Assembly (NCBI GenBank): GCA_047602405.1
Contig: JASGHJ010000001.1
Location: 1,312,001-1,376,000, forward strand
Origin: Anaeromyxobacteraceae bacterium
GTDB lineage: Bacteria; Myxococcota; Myxococcia; Myxococcales; Anaeromyxobacteraceae
Direction: 5' to 3'
Length of the DNA: 64,000 nucleotides
Shown piece by piece: positions 23,310 to 33,434 of the stretch. Each line of letters opens with the position of its first letter. Within the stretch, counting starts at the first letter, position 1. The notes below the pieces were generated by a model. That model saw nothing but the letters and a program-made list of their open reading frames with translations. It was not told where the DNA came from and did no database searches. The position numbers and the translations under genes were made by a program.

Positions 23310-23964
23310 CCTGCTCCCGCCGCGCCGCATCGGCCCCGCGAAGGCGCTCAACCCCGCCGCGGGCGATCACGTCGTGACCGCCGAGCCGCACGAGCTCTCG
23401 GCCGCGCGCGCCGCGGGCGAGGACGCGCTGCAGCGGTTCCCGTACCTCTCGGCCCGCTACGCCGCGCGGGGCGGGGCGTTCACCATGAGCGACGGCGCCT
23501 GGCTGGTGCTCCTCGTGGAGCGCTCCCCCGAGCACCGGCGCCGGGACGTGGACTGGCTCGCGAGCGTGCTCCTCCACCGCGGCATGCCGCGGCGCCTGCT
23601 GGAGGTCTACCTGCCGGTGCTCGCGGCCACGCTGAGCGCCGCCTGGCCGGAGCGGGCCGGGGAGTACCGCGCGCTCGCCGAGGAGGGCGAGCGGCTCGCG
23701 GACCTGCGGCGCGTGGTGCTCCGGGACGAGGCGGTCCTGGCGGTGGAACTCGCGTTCGCCGCCCGCGCGGCCCCGGACGCGCCGTTCCCGCCGCGCGGCG
23801 TGGGCGAGCTCCTCGCGTCGGCGGTCGCCGACGCCGCGTGCGGGCTGCCCGCCGCGACCGAGAAGCTGGTCCCGTGGCTCGTCGATCCCGCCCGCTTCAC
23901 GCCGGCGTGGATCGGCGCGGTGCACGCGGCGGTCGCCGAGGCCCGGGCGGCGCTCGTGGAGTAG
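23302..23964 (+). CDS. hypothetical all-helical protein
   Basis: 220-aa ORF with GC3-rich codons that overlaps the ptsI stop and fills the gap before metK. Confidence 0.7.
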
Positions 23965-24056
23965 GGCCTCGCCCGGCCGCCCGGCAGGGGGTGCGCAAGG
24001 GCTGCGCCACCGCGGCCGTCCGCCCGGAGCCCCTCGCTGGACGAACGTCCGTCATG

Positions 24057-24086
24057 TTGACAGGGCTCGGCGCAGGCGCGTAGGTT
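24057..24086 (+). promoter_or_regulatory. sigma70-type promoter of metK
   Basis: TTGACA (24057-24062), 18 nt spacer, TAGGTT (24081-24086); AGGAG RBS before ATG 24109. Confidence 0.6.
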
Positions 24087-24108
24087 GCGTCCCCGCCAGG
24101 AGAAAACC

Positions 24109-25275
24109 ATGTCCGCGACCTCCCACCTCTTCACCTCCGAGTCGGTCACCGAGGGCCATCCCGACAAGATGGCGGACCAGATCTCGGACGCCGTCCTCGA
24201 CGCCGTGCTCCGCCAGGATCCGCGCGGGCGGGTGGCCTGCGAGACGCTCCTCAAGACCGGCTACGTCATGATCGCGGGCGAGATCACGACCAAGGCCAAG
24301 GTCGACTACCCGCGCCTCGCGCGCGAGGTCGTGAAGCGCATCGGCTACACCTCCGGCGAGATGGGCTTCGACGGGAACACCTGCGCGGTGCTCGTCGCGG
24401 TCGACCAGCAGTCCCCCGACATCGGGCAGGGCGTCGACACCGGCGGCGCCGGCGACCAGGGCATGATGTTCGGCTACGCCTGCGACGAGACGCCGGAGCT
24501 CATGCCGGCGCCGATCCAGTACGCCCACGCGGTGACGAAGCAGCTCGCGAAGGTCCGCAAGGGCGGCCGCGACTTCCTCCGCCCGGACGGCAAGAGCCAG
24601 GTCTCCGTGCAGTACGAGGACGGCAAGGTCGCCCGCATCGACACGGTGGTCGTCTCGACCCAGCACGCCGAGGACGTGTCGAACAAGCGCCTGCACGCCG
24701 TCATCCGCGAGGAGGTCATCGCGAAGGCGCTGCCGAAGCGGCTGATGGACAAGAAGACCAAGATCTTCATCAACCCCACCGGCCGGTTCGTGATCGGCGG
24801 CCCGATGGGCGACACCGGCGTCACCGGCCGCAAGATCATCGTCGACACCTACGGCGGCATGGGCCGCCACGGCGGCGGCGCGTTCAGCGGCAAGGACCCG
24901 TCGAAGGTCGACCGCTCGGCCGCGTACATGGGGCGCTACATCGCGAAGAACGTGGTCGCCGCCGGCCTCGCCTCGCGCTGCGAGGTGCAGGTCGCCTACG
25001 CCATCGGCGTCGCCGAGCCGGTGTCGGTGCTCGTCGACACCTTCGGGACCGCGACCGTGGACGAGGCCCGCATCGCGAAGGCGATCCGCGCCACCTTCGA
25101 CCTGACCCCGCGCGGGATCATCGAGTCGCTCGACCTGCTCAAGCCGGTCTACGAGAAGACGGCCGCGTACGGCCACTTCGGCCGCTCCGAGAAGAGCTTC
25201 ACCTGGGAGCGCATCGACCGGAAGGACGCCCTCGCGGAGGCCGCCGGGGCGAAGGTTCGCGCGGTCGCCGGGTAG
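24109..25275 (+). CDS. metK: S-adenosylmethionine synthetase
   Basis: [19 protein letters not shown] and [16 protein letters not shown]. Confidence 0.98.
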   Translation: MSATSHLFTSESVTEGHPDKMADQISDAVLDAVLRQDPRGRVACETLLKTGYVMIAGEITTKAKVDYPRLAREVVKRIGYTSGEMGFDGNTCAVLVAVDQQSPDIGQGVDTGGAGDQGMMFGYACDETPELMPAPIQYAHAVTKQLAKVRKGGRDFLRPDGKSQVSVQYEDGKVARIDTVVVSTQHAEDVSNKRLHAVIREEVIAKALPKRLMDKKTKIFINPTGRFVIGGPMGDTGVTGRKIIVDTYGGMGRHGGGAFSGKDPSKVDRSAAYMGRYIAKNVVAAGLASRCEVQVAYAIGVAEPVSVLVDTFGTATVDEARIAKAIRATFDLTPRGIIESLDLLKPVYEKTAAYGHFGRSEKSFTWERIDRKDALAEAAGAKVRAVAG

Positions 25276-25285
25276 GGCGTGACCA

Positions 25286-25386
25286 GCGAAGCGCAGCGGA
25301 GCCCGTGTTTCGAGGGGGCGTAGCCCCCTCCCCGCGGAGCAGAGCTCCGCGGGGCCCCTCCCCGGATCCGCTCCGCTTCGCTTCGC
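25286..25386. repeat. palindromic REP/MITE-like element, family A, single copy
   Basis: 17-bp terminal inverted repeat with 16/17 match (25286-25302 vs 25370-25386) and internal hairpins. The core matches the tandem unit at 28298-28537. Confidence 0.85.
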
Positions 25387-25396
25387 GGGGATCAAC

Positions 25397-25708
25397 CTGG
25401 AGCTCGAGCTCGACATCGGCGTGCTCGCGGAGGGCGAGGGGCGGAGCGTCCGGCTCGGCACCGGCCGCTACGTGCTCGTCTCCCGCGTCGACGGCGCGCT
25501 CCGCGCCATCGACGACGTCTGCAACCACGGCGGCTGCAAGCTCTCCGACGGCTGGCGCGAGGGGCGCCGCCTCGTCTGCCCCTGCCACGCGCTCGCGTTC
25601 GACGTCGGCGACGGGAGGCTGCTCACCCCGACCCCGCTCGCGACCGATCAGGAGACCTACCCGGTCGTGGGCGATGGCCCGGTGATCCGGCTGATCCTGC
25701 CGGGGTAG
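25397..25708 (+). CDS. Rieske [2Fe-2S] ferredoxin (start CTG 25397 or GTG 25421, uncertain)
   Basis: CNHGGC..CPCH Rieske ligand motifs. Confidence 0.85.
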   Translation: MELELDIGVLAEGEGRSVRLGTGRYVLVSRVDGALRAIDDVCNHGGCKLSDGWREGRRLVCPCHALAFDVGDGRLLTPTPLATDQETYPVVGDGPVIRLILPG

Positions 25709-25760
25709 GCCGGACCCGACCCGGCGGACCCCGCACCTTGATCTCGGCCCCGGGATCGTT

Positions 25761-25783
25761 ATATCCGTCCATCCGGATGGACG
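25761..25783. promoter_or_regulatory. candidate SahR operator
   Basis: Perfect 18-bp palindrome CGTCCATCCGGATGGACG (25766-25783), overlapping ATATC-N10-GATGG, ending 2 nt before the sahR ATG. Confidence 0.55.
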
Positions 25784-25784
25784 C

Positions 25785-26777
25785 ATGACCAGGACCGCCG
25801 CCGCCCGAGAGACCGCCCGCGCCGAGGCGCTGTTCGCCTGGATGGAGGCGATCGGCGACCCGACCCGCCTGCGCGCGCTGCGCGCGCTGGAGCGGCAGGA
25901 GCTCTCGGTGCTCGAGCTCTGCGAGGCGCTCGCGCTCCCGCAGTCGACCGTGAGCCGGCACCTCAAGGTGCTCGCCGACGGCGGCTGGGTGTCGGCGCGC
26001 CGCGAGGGCACCCAGGCGTTCTACGCGTGGGCGGCGGAGCTCGACCCGGGCGCGAAGAAGCTCTGGACCGTGGCGCGCGCGGAGAGCGAGGGCTGGCCGG
26101 TGGTCCGCCAGGACGCCGACCGGCTCGCCGCGGTGCGGGCCCGCCGCGGCGGCGCCCAGAAGTTCTTCGCCGGCGCGGCCGGCGCATGGGACGGGCTGCG
26201 CGCGCAGGTCTACGGCCGCGGCTTCGGCGTGGAGGCGCTGCTCGCGCTCGTGCCGCCCGCCTGGACCGTGGCCGACCTCGGCTGCGGCACCGGCGCGCTC
26301 ACCGCCGAGCTCGCCTCACGCGTCCGGCGGGTCGTCGCCGTCGACCAGTCCGCCGCGATGCTCCGCGCGGCCCGGAAGCGCGCCGGCGACCTCCCCAACG
26401 TCACCTTCCACGAGGCGGACCTCGCGGCGCTGCCGCTCGAGGACGCGAGCGTCGACGCGGCGCTCCTCGTGCTCGTGCTCGCCTACCTCGAGGTCCCCGA
26501 GGCCGCGCTCCGCGAGGCGGCGCGCGTGCTCCGCCCCGGCGGCCGGCTCGTCGTGCTCGACGCCGCGCGCCACCTCGACGAGGGCCTGCGCCGCCGGATG
26601 GGCCAGGCCCGCCCCGGCTTCACGCCCGACGAGCTCGAGCGGCTCGTCGCGCACGCCGGGCTCCACGCCTCACCGGTCCGCACCCTCCCGCCCGAGCCGG
26701 GCGCGAAGGGCCCGGGCCTCGTCGTCTGCGCCGCAGAGAAGCTGGCCGCCGGGAAGCCGGCCGCCGAGAGACGCTGA
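25785..26777 (+). CDS. sahR: ArsR-HTH + SAM-dependent methyltransferase fusion (SahR-type SAM-cycle regulator)
   Basis: [25 protein letters not shown] followed by [13 protein letters not shown]; lies between metK and ahcY. Confidence 0.85.
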   Translation: MTRTAAARETARAEALFAWMEAIGDPTRLRALRALERQELSVLELCEALALPQSTVSRHLKVLADGGWVSARREGTQAFYAWAAELDPGAKKLWTVARAESEGWPVVRQDADRLAAVRARRGGAQKFFAGAAGAWDGLRAQVYGRGFGVEALLALVPPAWTVADLGCGTGALTAELASRVRRVVAVDQSAAMLRAARKRAGDLPNVTFHEADLAALPLEDASVDAALLVLVLAYLEVPEAALREAARVLRPGGRLVVLDAARHLDEGLRRRMGQARPGFTPDELERLVAHAGLHASPVRTLPPEPGAKGPGLVVCAAEKLAAGKPAAERR

Positions 26778-26800
26778 ACCCGCACCCCAGGAGAGAACCG

Positions 26801-28297
26801 ATGGCCGTCCCCGCGAAGAAGCAGAACGCCGCCCTGAAGGCGGTCCCGTCCGCGAAGCCCGAGCAGAAGCCCCTCGAGTACAAGGTGAAGGATCTCTCGC
26901 TCGCCGAGTGGGGCCGCAAGGAGCTCGACCTCGCCGAGAAGGAGATGCCGGGCCTCATGGCGGTGCGCAAGCAGTACGGCCGGAAGAAGCCGCTCGCCGG
27001 CCAGCGCATCACCGGCTCCCTGCACATGACCGTGCAGACGGCGGTGCTCATCGAGACCCTCACCGAGCTCGGCGCCGACGTGCGCTGGGCGAGCTGCAAC
27101 ATCTTCTCCACCCAGGACCACGCCGCCGCCGCGGTCGTCGTCGGCAAGCGCGGCACGGTCGCCGCGCCGGCCGGCGTGCCGGTGTTCGCGTGGAAGGGCG
27201 AGACGCTCGAGGAGTACTGGGACTGCACCGAGCGCGCGCTCGACTTCGGGGACGGCCTCGGGCCCACCCAGATCGTCGACGACGGCGGCGACGCGACGCT
27301 GCTCCTCCACAAGGGCGTCGAGTTCGAGAAGGCCGGCAAGGTCCCGCGCGCGAAGGCCTCCGACTCCGAGGAGTGGACGGTCATCCTGAAGCTCCTCGCG
27401 AAGGAGCTGAAGATGGACCCGAAGCGCTGGACGCGCCTCTCCGCCGCCTGCGCCGGCGTGACCGAGGAGACCACCACCGGCGTGCACCGGCTCTACGAGA
27501 TGCAGAAGGCCGGCACGCTCCTCTTCCCGGCCATCAACGTCAACGACTCGGTCACGAAGTCGAAGTTCGACAACCTCTACGGCTGCCGCCACTCGCTCGT
27601 GGACGGCCTCAACCGCGCGACGGACGTCATGCTCGCCGGGAAGCTCTGCGTCGTCCTCGGCTACGGCGACGTCGGCAAGGGCTGCGCCCAGGCGCTGCGC
27701 GGGCAGGGCGCCCGCGTGGTCGTCACCGAGGTCGACCCCATCAACGCGCTCCAGGCGACGATGGAGGGCTACCAGGTGGTCCGCGTGGAGGACGTCGTCG
27801 AGACCGCCGACGTGTTCGTCACCGCCACCGGCAACCTCGACGTCATCACCGTCGACCACATGGCGAAGATGAAGGACTGCGCCATCGTCGGGAACATCGG
27901 CCACTTCGACAACGAGATCGACATGGCCGGGCTGAAGAAGATCACGAAGCGGATCAACATCAAGCCGCAGTACGACGCCTTCGTCTTCCCGGACAAGCAC
28001 CGGGTCCTCGTCCTCGCCGAGGGCCGGCTCCTCAACCTGGGGTGCGCGACCGGCCACCCGTCGTTCGTGATGTCGAACTCCTTCACGAACCAGGTCCTCG
28101 CCCAGCTCGAGCTCGCCACGAACCGCGCCGCCTACGACAAGAAGGTGTACACGCTGCCGAAGCACCTCGACGAGAAGGTGGCGGCCCTGCACCTCGAGCA
28201 GATCGGCGCGCGGCTGACGACGCTCACGAAGAAGCAGGCCCAGTACCTGGGCGTGTCGCAGTCCGGGCCGTTCAAGCCGGACCACTACCGGTACTGA
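26801..28297 (+). CDS. ahcY: adenosylhomocysteinase
   Basis: [44 protein letters not shown] and [18 protein letters not shown]. Confidence 0.98.
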   Translation: MAVPAKKQNAALKAVPSAKPEQKPLEYKVKDLSLAEWGRKELDLAEKEMPGLMAVRKQYGRKKPLAGQRITGSLHMTVQTAVLIETLTELGADVRWASCNIFSTQDHAAAAVVVGKRGTVAAPAGVPVFAWKGETLEEYWDCTERALDFGDGLGPTQIVDDGGDATLLLHKGVEFEKAGKVPRAKASDSEEWTVILKLLAKELKMDPKRWTRLSAACAGVTEETTTGVHRLYEMQKAGTLLFPAINVNDSVTKSKFDNLYGCRHSLVDGLNRATDVMLAGKLCVVLGYGDVGKGCAQALRGQGARVVVTEVDPINALQATMEGYQVVRVEDVVETADVFVTATGNLDVITVDHMAKMKDCAIVGNIGHFDNEIDMAGLKKITKRINIKPQYDAFVFPDKHRVLVLAEGRLLNLGCATGHPSFVMSNSFTNQVLAQLELATNRAAYDKKVYTLPKHLDEKVAALHLEQIGARLTTLTKKQAQYLGVSQSGPFKPDHYRY

Positions 28298-28537
28298 GTT
28301 TCGAGGGGGCGTAGCCCCCTCCCCGTGGAGCGAAGCTCCACGGGGCCCCTCCCCGGATCTGCTCCGCTTCGCTTCGCAGGGGGGCGTAGCCGCCTCCCCG
28401 TGGAGCGAAGCTCCACGGGGCCCCTCCCCGGATCTGCTCTGCTTCGCTTCGCAGGGGGGCGTAGCCGCCTCCCCGTGGAGCGAAGCTCCACGGGGCCCCT
28501 CCCCGGATCTGCTCCGCTTCGCTTCGCAGGGGGGCGT
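28298..28537. repeat. tandem array of three 75-bp palindromic REP-like units (family A)
   Basis: Unit GGGGGCGTAGCC(C/G)CCTCCCCGTGGAGCGAAGCTCCACGGGGCCCCTCCCCGGATCTGCTC(C/T)GCTTCGCTTCGCAG recurs with period 75 (hairpin G at 28325, 28400, 28475). It begins right after the ahcY stop. Confidence 0.95.
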
Positions 28538-28611
28538 GACCCTGCTCGGGGCCCTCGGGCCGCCCGCCGCGTGGCGGGCGGTCCCGGGGTGCGCTACCTT
28601 CCGCGCTCCCC

Positions 28612-29445
28612 ATGTCCCTCCTCGCCTCCGTGCTGCTCGGCCTGGTCCAGGCCCTCACCGAGTTCCTGCCGGTCTCCTCCACCGCGCACCTCCTCGTGAG
28701 CGGCGAGCTCCTCGGCTACAGCCTCGAGGACCCGCTCTTCCGCGCGTACGTCGCGATCATCCAGACCGGCACCACCGTCGCGGTGCTCGCCTACTTCCGG
28801 CGGGACCTCGCGCGGCTCACGGGCGCCGCGCTCGGCTCCCTCGCGCGGCGGCGGCCCCTCGAGACCCGCGAGTCGCGCCTCGCGTGGTCCATCGCCTTCG
28901 CGACCCTGCCCGCCGGCCTCGCCGGGCTCCTCCTCGAGAAGCGCATCGAGGCGCTCGGCAACTGGGTCATCGTCGGCTCGCTCACCGTGCTCGGCCTCGT
29001 CCTCCTCGCCGCCGAGCTCGCCGCGAGGCACGTCCGCACGGTCGAGGACGTCGGGTTCCTCGACGCGCTCCTCGTCGGGTGCGGCCAGGCGGTCGCGCTC
29101 GTGCCGGGCTCGTCGCGCTCCGGCTGCACCATCACGACCGGCATCCTGCTCGGGTTCACGCGCGAGGCGGCGGCCCGCTTCTCCTTCCTCCTCTCCATCC
29201 CCATCACGCTCGCGGCCGGGCTCTACAAGCTCGTGAAGACGCTCCCGGTGCTGCGCGGGCACGACGACTGGATGGTGGCGACGGCGGTCGGGACGCTGGT
29301 GTCCGGGGTCGCGGGCTACCTCGTGATCGGCTGGCTCCTGGGCTGGCTGCGCACCCGCACGACGTACCTGTTCGTCGGCTGGCGGCTCGTCGCGGCGGCG
29401 GTGCTGGCGCTCCTGATTTCCCGCGGGATCCTGCCGGCAGGGTAG
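28612..29445 (+). CDS. uppP: undecaprenyl-diphosphate phosphatase (BacA)
   Basis: LGLVQALTEFLPVSSTAHL, PGSSRSG and AARFSFLLSIP. Confidence 0.95.
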   Translation: MSLLASVLLGLVQALTEFLPVSSTAHLLVSGELLGYSLEDPLFRAYVAIIQTGTTVAVLAYFRRDLARLTGAALGSLARRRPLETRESRLAWSIAFATLPAGLAGLLLEKRIEALGNWVIVGSLTVLGLVLLAAELAARHVRTVEDVGFLDALLVGCGQAVALVPGSSRSGCTITTGILLGFTREAAARFSFLLSIPITLAAGLYKLVKTLPVLRGHDDWMVATAVGTLVSGVAGYLVIGWLLGWLRTRTTYLFVGWRLVAAAVLALLISRGILPAG

Positions 29446-29448
29446 GCC

Positions 29449-29506
29449 GTTCATCCCGAGCGGAGGCCCGCGCATGCGGGCCGGAGTCGCGGGGCCCCCG
29501 GTGAAC
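29449..29506 (+). repeat. REP-like element, family B
   Basis: GTTCATCCCGAGCGGA-[GGCCCGC gcat GCGGGCC]-GGAGTCGCGGGG..GTGAAC; related copies at 33514, 42489 (reverse) and 42571. Confidence 0.75.
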
Positions 29507-29570
29507 AGGGGACAGAGGTACCCCACGTGCGCTTGACGGTACGGCCCCGGTTCGTGCCATACGTTTTTCC

Positions 29571-30668
29571 GTGAAGCTCTATCCCGTGGTGATGGCCGGC
29601 GGCTCCGGAACCCGGTTCTGGCCGCTCTCCCGCAAGTCCCGCCCCAAGCAGTTCCTCGCGCTCGCGGGCGACGAGCCGATGCTCGCGGCGACGGTGAACC
29701 GCATGCCGCCGCTCGCGAAGCTCTCGGACACCTACGTGGTCTGCGGCCCGGGCCACGTCGCCGCGGCCCGCAAGATGCTGCCGCGGATGCCGGCGAAGAA
29801 CTTCCTCGTCGAGCCGGTGGCGCGCAACACCGCGCCGTGCGTCGGCCTCGCCGCGATCCACGTCGCGGCGCGCGAGCCGCGCGGCATCATCGCGATGCTG
29901 CCCGCCGACCACCACATCGGCCGCCCGGCGGCGTTCCGCGAGGCGCTCGCCGCCGCCGCGAAGCTCGCCGAGAAGGGGCACATCGCCACCATCGGGATCC
30001 GGCCCTCGCGCCCCGAGACCGGCTACGGCTACCTGAAGCTCGGCGCCCGCCTGGCGACGAAGACGCCGGTGACCCGCTCGAAGTCGACCGGCGCGCCGCA
30101 CAAGGTGGAGCGCTTCGTCGAGAAGCCGGACGTCGTCACGGCCGCCCGCTACCTCGCCGACGGCTCGTACCTCTGGAACTCCGGCATCTTCGTCTTCCGC
30201 GCCGACGTCATCCTGGAGGAGATCCGCCGGGCGATGCCGGTGCTGGGCGAGCTCCTCGACTCGATCGAGCGCTCCCTCGGCGGCGCGTCCTACCCGCGCA
30301 CCTTGAAGCGGGTCTTCCCGGACTGCCCCTCCATCTCCATCGACTACGGGGTGATGGAGAAGAGCCAACGCATCGCGGTCGTCCCCGCCGAGTTCGGGTG
30401 GAGCGACGTGGGCAGCTTCGCCGCCCTGCCCGAGGTCCGCGCGACCGACCACCTCGGCAACGTCGCCGAGGGCGAGGCGATGGTCATCGACGGCCGCAAC
30501 AACGTCGTCCTCGCGCACGGCAGGCGGCCGGTCGCCGTGATCGGCATGGAGGACGTGGTGGTCGTCGACGCGGGCGACGCGGTGCTGGTGTGCCGCCGTG
30601 ACCGCGCACAGGACGTCCGCAAGGCCGTCGACGAGCTCGCCCGCACCGGCCGCGACGGGCTCCTCTAG
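29571..30668 (+). CDS. manC: mannose-1-phosphate guanylyltransferase
   Basis: MAGGSGTRFWPLSR..PKQFL, EPVARNTAP, FVEKPD, WNSGIF, SIDYGVME and WSDVGS. Confidence 0.93.
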   Translation: MKLYPVVMAGGSGTRFWPLSRKSRPKQFLALAGDEPMLAATVNRMPPLAKLSDTYVVCGPGHVAAARKMLPRMPAKNFLVEPVARNTAPCVGLAAIHVAAREPRGIIAMLPADHHIGRPAAFREALAAAAKLAEKGHIATIGIRPSRPETGYGYLKLGARLATKTPVTRSKSTGAPHKVERFVEKPDVVTAARYLADGSYLWNSGIFVFRADVILEEIRRAMPVLGELLDSIERSLGGASYPRTLKRVFPDCPSISIDYGVMEKSQRIAVVPAEFGWSDVGSFAALPEVRATDHLGNVAEGEAMVIDGRNNVVLAHGRRPVAVIGMEDVVVVDAGDAVLVCRRDRAQDVRKAVDELARTGRDGLL

Positions 30669-30693
30669 GCGCGAGGGCCCTCGGCCGCCCACC

Positions 30694-32061
30694 ATGGCGC
30701 TGTCGCCGACCATCTTCCGCGAGTACGACGTCCGTGGCCTCGTCGACCGGGACCTCACGGAGGAGGCGGTCCACCTCGTCGGGAAGGCGTTCGGCGCGAA
30801 GGTCCGCGAGGCCGGCGGCCGCCGGGCCGCCGTGGGCCGCGACGCCCGGCTCTCCGGGCCGCGCTTCGCCGCCCGGATGATCTCCGCGCTCCGCTCGACC
30901 GGCGTGGACGTGGTCGACCTCGGGGTGGTGCCCACGCCGCTCGGCTACTTCGCGACCCACACCGCCGGGGTCGACGGGCTCTGCATGATCACGGGCTCGC
31001 ACAACCCGCCGGAGTACAACGGCCTGAAGCTCGGCCTCGGCACCGCGAGCTGGTTCGGCGAGCAGATCCAGGAGCTCCGGCGCGTGGCGGAGGCCGGGGT
31101 CTTTCCGTCCGGCGACGGCGCGCTCACGACGCTCGACGTGGTCGCGCCCTACCAGGCCTACGTCCGCCAGAACCTCCGCTTCGGTCCCCGCCGGCTCAAG
31201 GTGGTCGTCGACGCCGGGAACGGCACCGGCGGCGCCGTGGCCGTGCCGATCTTCCGGGCGCTCGGCCTCGAGGTCGTCGAGCTCTACACCGAGCCCGACG
31301 GCACCTTCCCCCACCACCACCCCGACCCCACCGTGGAGGAGAACCTCCGCGACCTGAAGGCGAAGGTCCTCGAGACCGGCGCGGACGCCGGCATCGCCTG
31401 GGACGGCGACGCCGACCGGGTCGGCGCCGTGGACGAGCGGGGTGAGGTGCTCTGGGGCGACCGGCTCATGATCCTCTTCTCCCGCGCCGTGCTCGCCGAG
31501 GTGCCGGGCGCGGCGATCGGCGCCGAGGCGAAGTGCTCGCAGACCCTCTTCGACGACATCGCGGCCCGGGGCGGGAAGCCGTACATGTGGAAGGCGGGCC
31601 ACTCCATCATCAAGGCGCGCATGAAGGAGGTCGGGGCCGCGCTCGCGGGCGAGATGAGCGGGCACGTCTTCTTCAAGCACCGCTGGTTCGGCTTCGACGA
31701 CGGCATCTACGCCTCCGCCCGGCTCCTCGAGCTGCTCAGCCACGCGGACCGGCCGCTCTCGGCGCTCCTCGCCGACGTGCCGGAGACCTTCTCGACGCCG
31801 GAGCTCCGCTTCCCGTGCCCGGAGGAGCTGAAGTTCGAGCTCGTGAAGCGCGCGCAGGCGTGGTTCTCGGCGCGGTACGAGACCATCACCGTGGACGGCG
31901 TGCGCGTGGTCTTCCCCGACGGCTTCGGGGTGGTCCGCGCCTCCAACACCCAGCCCCTCCTGGTCCTCCGCTTCGAGGCGAGGACGCGGGAGCGCCTCGC
32001 CGAGATCGAGAAGCTGGTACGCTCCAGGGTCGAGGAGCTCATGCGGGAGCTGGGAGGCTAG
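30694..32061 (+). CDS. phosphomannomutase/phosphoglucomutase
   Basis: FREYDVRG, ITGSHNP, DGDADR, GEMSGH and RASNT. Confidence 0.95.
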   Translation: MALSPTIFREYDVRGLVDRDLTEEAVHLVGKAFGAKVREAGGRRAAVGRDARLSGPRFAARMISALRSTGVDVVDLGVVPTPLGYFATHTAGVDGLCMITGSHNPPEYNGLKLGLGTASWFGEQIQELRRVAEAGVFPSGDGALTTLDVVAPYQAYVRQNLRFGPRRLKVVVDAGNGTGGAVAVPIFRALGLEVVELYTEPDGTFPHHHPDPTVEENLRDLKAKVLETGADAGIAWDGDADRVGAVDERGEVLWGDRLMILFSRAVLAEVPGAAIGAEAKCSQTLFDDIAARGGKPYMWKAGHSIIKARMKEVGAALAGEMSGHVFFKHRWFGFDDGIYASARLLELLSHADRPLSALLADVPETFSTPELRFPCPEELKFELVKRAQAWFSARYETITVDGVRVVFPDGFGVVRASNTQPLLVLRFEARTRERLAEIEKLVRSRVEELMRELGG

Positions 32062-32065
32062 ACGG

Positions 32066-33025
32066 GTGGGACGGCTCGCGATCGGCGTGGACCTGGGCGG
32101 GACGAACGCGCGCGCGGCGGTGGTCGACGCCGACACCGGCGAGATCGTGTCCGCGCACAAGGAGCCCCTGCACGATCGCGCCCCGCTCTCCGTGGTCCGG
32201 GTGGTGAAGGGCGCGGTGGAGCAGGCGGCCCGCTCGGCCGGCATCCCGGTGGCGGGCTCGGTGGGCGTCGGCGTCGCCGGCCAGTGCCTCGGCCGGACCG
32301 GCGTGGTGCTGAACGCCCCGAACCTCGGCTGGCGCGACGTCGCCTTCGGCGACCTCCTCTCGGTGGCGCTCGGCGTCCCGGTGCGGATCGCGAACGACCT
32401 CTCGGTCGCCGCCTGGGGCGAGAAGTGCTTCGGCGCGGCGCGCGGGCTCGACGAGGTCGCGCTCGTGTTCGTCGGCTCCGGCGTCGGCTCCGGGCTCATC
32501 CTCGGCGGCCGCCTCCACAACGGCGCCACCGGCGTCGCGGCGGAGTTCGGGCACATCAAGGTGCGGCCCGCGCGCCTCACGACCCGCGCGCGGGTGTGCG
32601 GCTGCGGCGAGACCGGCTGCCTCGAGGCGTACACCTCCGGCATGAACGTCGCCGCGCGCGTGCGCGAGGAGCTCGCGGCGGGCGCCGTCACGAAGGTGCG
32701 GGACCTCGCCGGCGGCGACCTCGCGCGCGTGAACGCCTCGCTCGTGGACGACGCGGCGCGCGCCGGCGACCCCTACGCCCGGGAGCTCTGGGACGAGGTC
32801 GGCGAGCTCCTCGGCACCGCGATCGCGAACCTGGTGACCCTCCTCAACCCTTCCCGGCTGATCCTGGGCGGCGGCGTCCTCCTGGGGGCCCCGACCCTCG
32901 CCGGGCTCGTCCGCGGGCACATCGACGCCCATGTCTCGCGCTCCGCCGCTCGTGCACTCACGGTGGAGCGCGCCGGGCTCGGCGACGACGCCGGCGTGAT
33001 CGGCGCCGCCGTGCTCGACGGCTGA
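32066..33025 (+). CDS. ROK-family sugar kinase (glucokinase-like)
   Basis: GVDLGGTN, ANDL, EFGH and CGCGETGCLE. Confidence 0.93.
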   Translation: MGRLAIGVDLGGTNARAAVVDADTGEIVSAHKEPLHDRAPLSVVRVVKGAVEQAARSAGIPVAGSVGVGVAGQCLGRTGVVLNAPNLGWRDVAFGDLLSVALGVPVRIANDLSVAAWGEKCFGAARGLDEVALVFVGSGVGSGLILGGRLHNGATGVAAEFGHIKVRPARLTTRARVCGCGETGCLEAYTSGMNVAARVREELAAGAVTKVRDLAGGDLARVNASLVDDAARAGDPYARELWDEVGELLGTAIANLVTLLNPSRLILGGGVLLGAPTLAGLVRGHIDAHVSRSAARALTVERAGLGDDAGVIGAAVLDG

Positions 33026-33247
33026 ACCCTGGTATTCGCTGCTTTCCCAGGCATCCTCGGTCCGTGAACGCATACCCGTGGTGCGATATGCGCGCGCCGC
33101 ATGTCGTACGGTGGGTGACAGTCTCGGAGCGTATCGATCACGGCGCGTGAAGTGGACTCATCCGATCCGGCCCACTGCGTCAGGCACCCGGTTGGATCGC
33201 TCGGCAGATCGGGACGATCGCGGATGAGAAAAAGGCGTGTCGCTTCC

Positions 33248-33277
33248 TTGACGAGCTTGATCGCGACACGCTAACCT
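33248..33277 (+). promoter_or_regulatory. sigma70-type promoter for the Lys-rich micropeptide
   Basis: TTGACG (33248-33253), 18 nt spacer, TAACCT (33272-33277), with an A-tract upstream. Confidence 0.55.
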
Positions 33278-33344
33278 CCGTCGCAGTTGTCCATTCTTGA
33301 AAGTCCATCGACTTCGAATGGACGTTCCGAGGAGGGAACACCAG

Positions 33345-33410
33345 ATGGCGAAGAAGACCGCGAAGAAGAAGGCCACCAAGAAGAAGGGCGCGAAGAAGGG
33401 CAAGAAGTAG
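33345..33410 (+). CDS. 21-aa lysine-rich micropeptide MAKKTAKKKATKKKGAKKGKK
   Basis: GGAGG RBS at 33331-33335, ATG 33345, TAG ending 33410. Every codon ends in G/C and 12 of 21 residues are Lys. Too short for the ORF track. Confidence 0.8.
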   Translation: MAKKTAKKKATKKKGAKKGKK

Positions 33411-33434
33411 CTTCTCGCACCAACGTGGTTCGCC

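Noticed and set aside
24047..24061. SahR site at the metK promoter (GTCCGTCATGTTGAC)
   Set aside because: Half-site spacing and sequence match the sahR-proximal site poorly. It cannot be supported without comparative data.
23965..24108. SAM or SAH riboswitch upstream of metK (or ahcY)
   Set aside because: No recognisable aptamer consensus. The predicted promoter leaves only a short leader, ahcY follows sahR by 23 bp, and a SahR-type protein regulator is present.
28298..28537. CRISPR array
   Set aside because: The units are near-identical along their full 75 bp with no unique spacers, and there are no cas genes in the window.
33026..33344. Replication origin suggested by the GATC cluster and lower GC
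   Set aside because: No DnaA boxes or AT-rich unwinding repeats were seen, and there is no dnaA/dnaN/gidA context.
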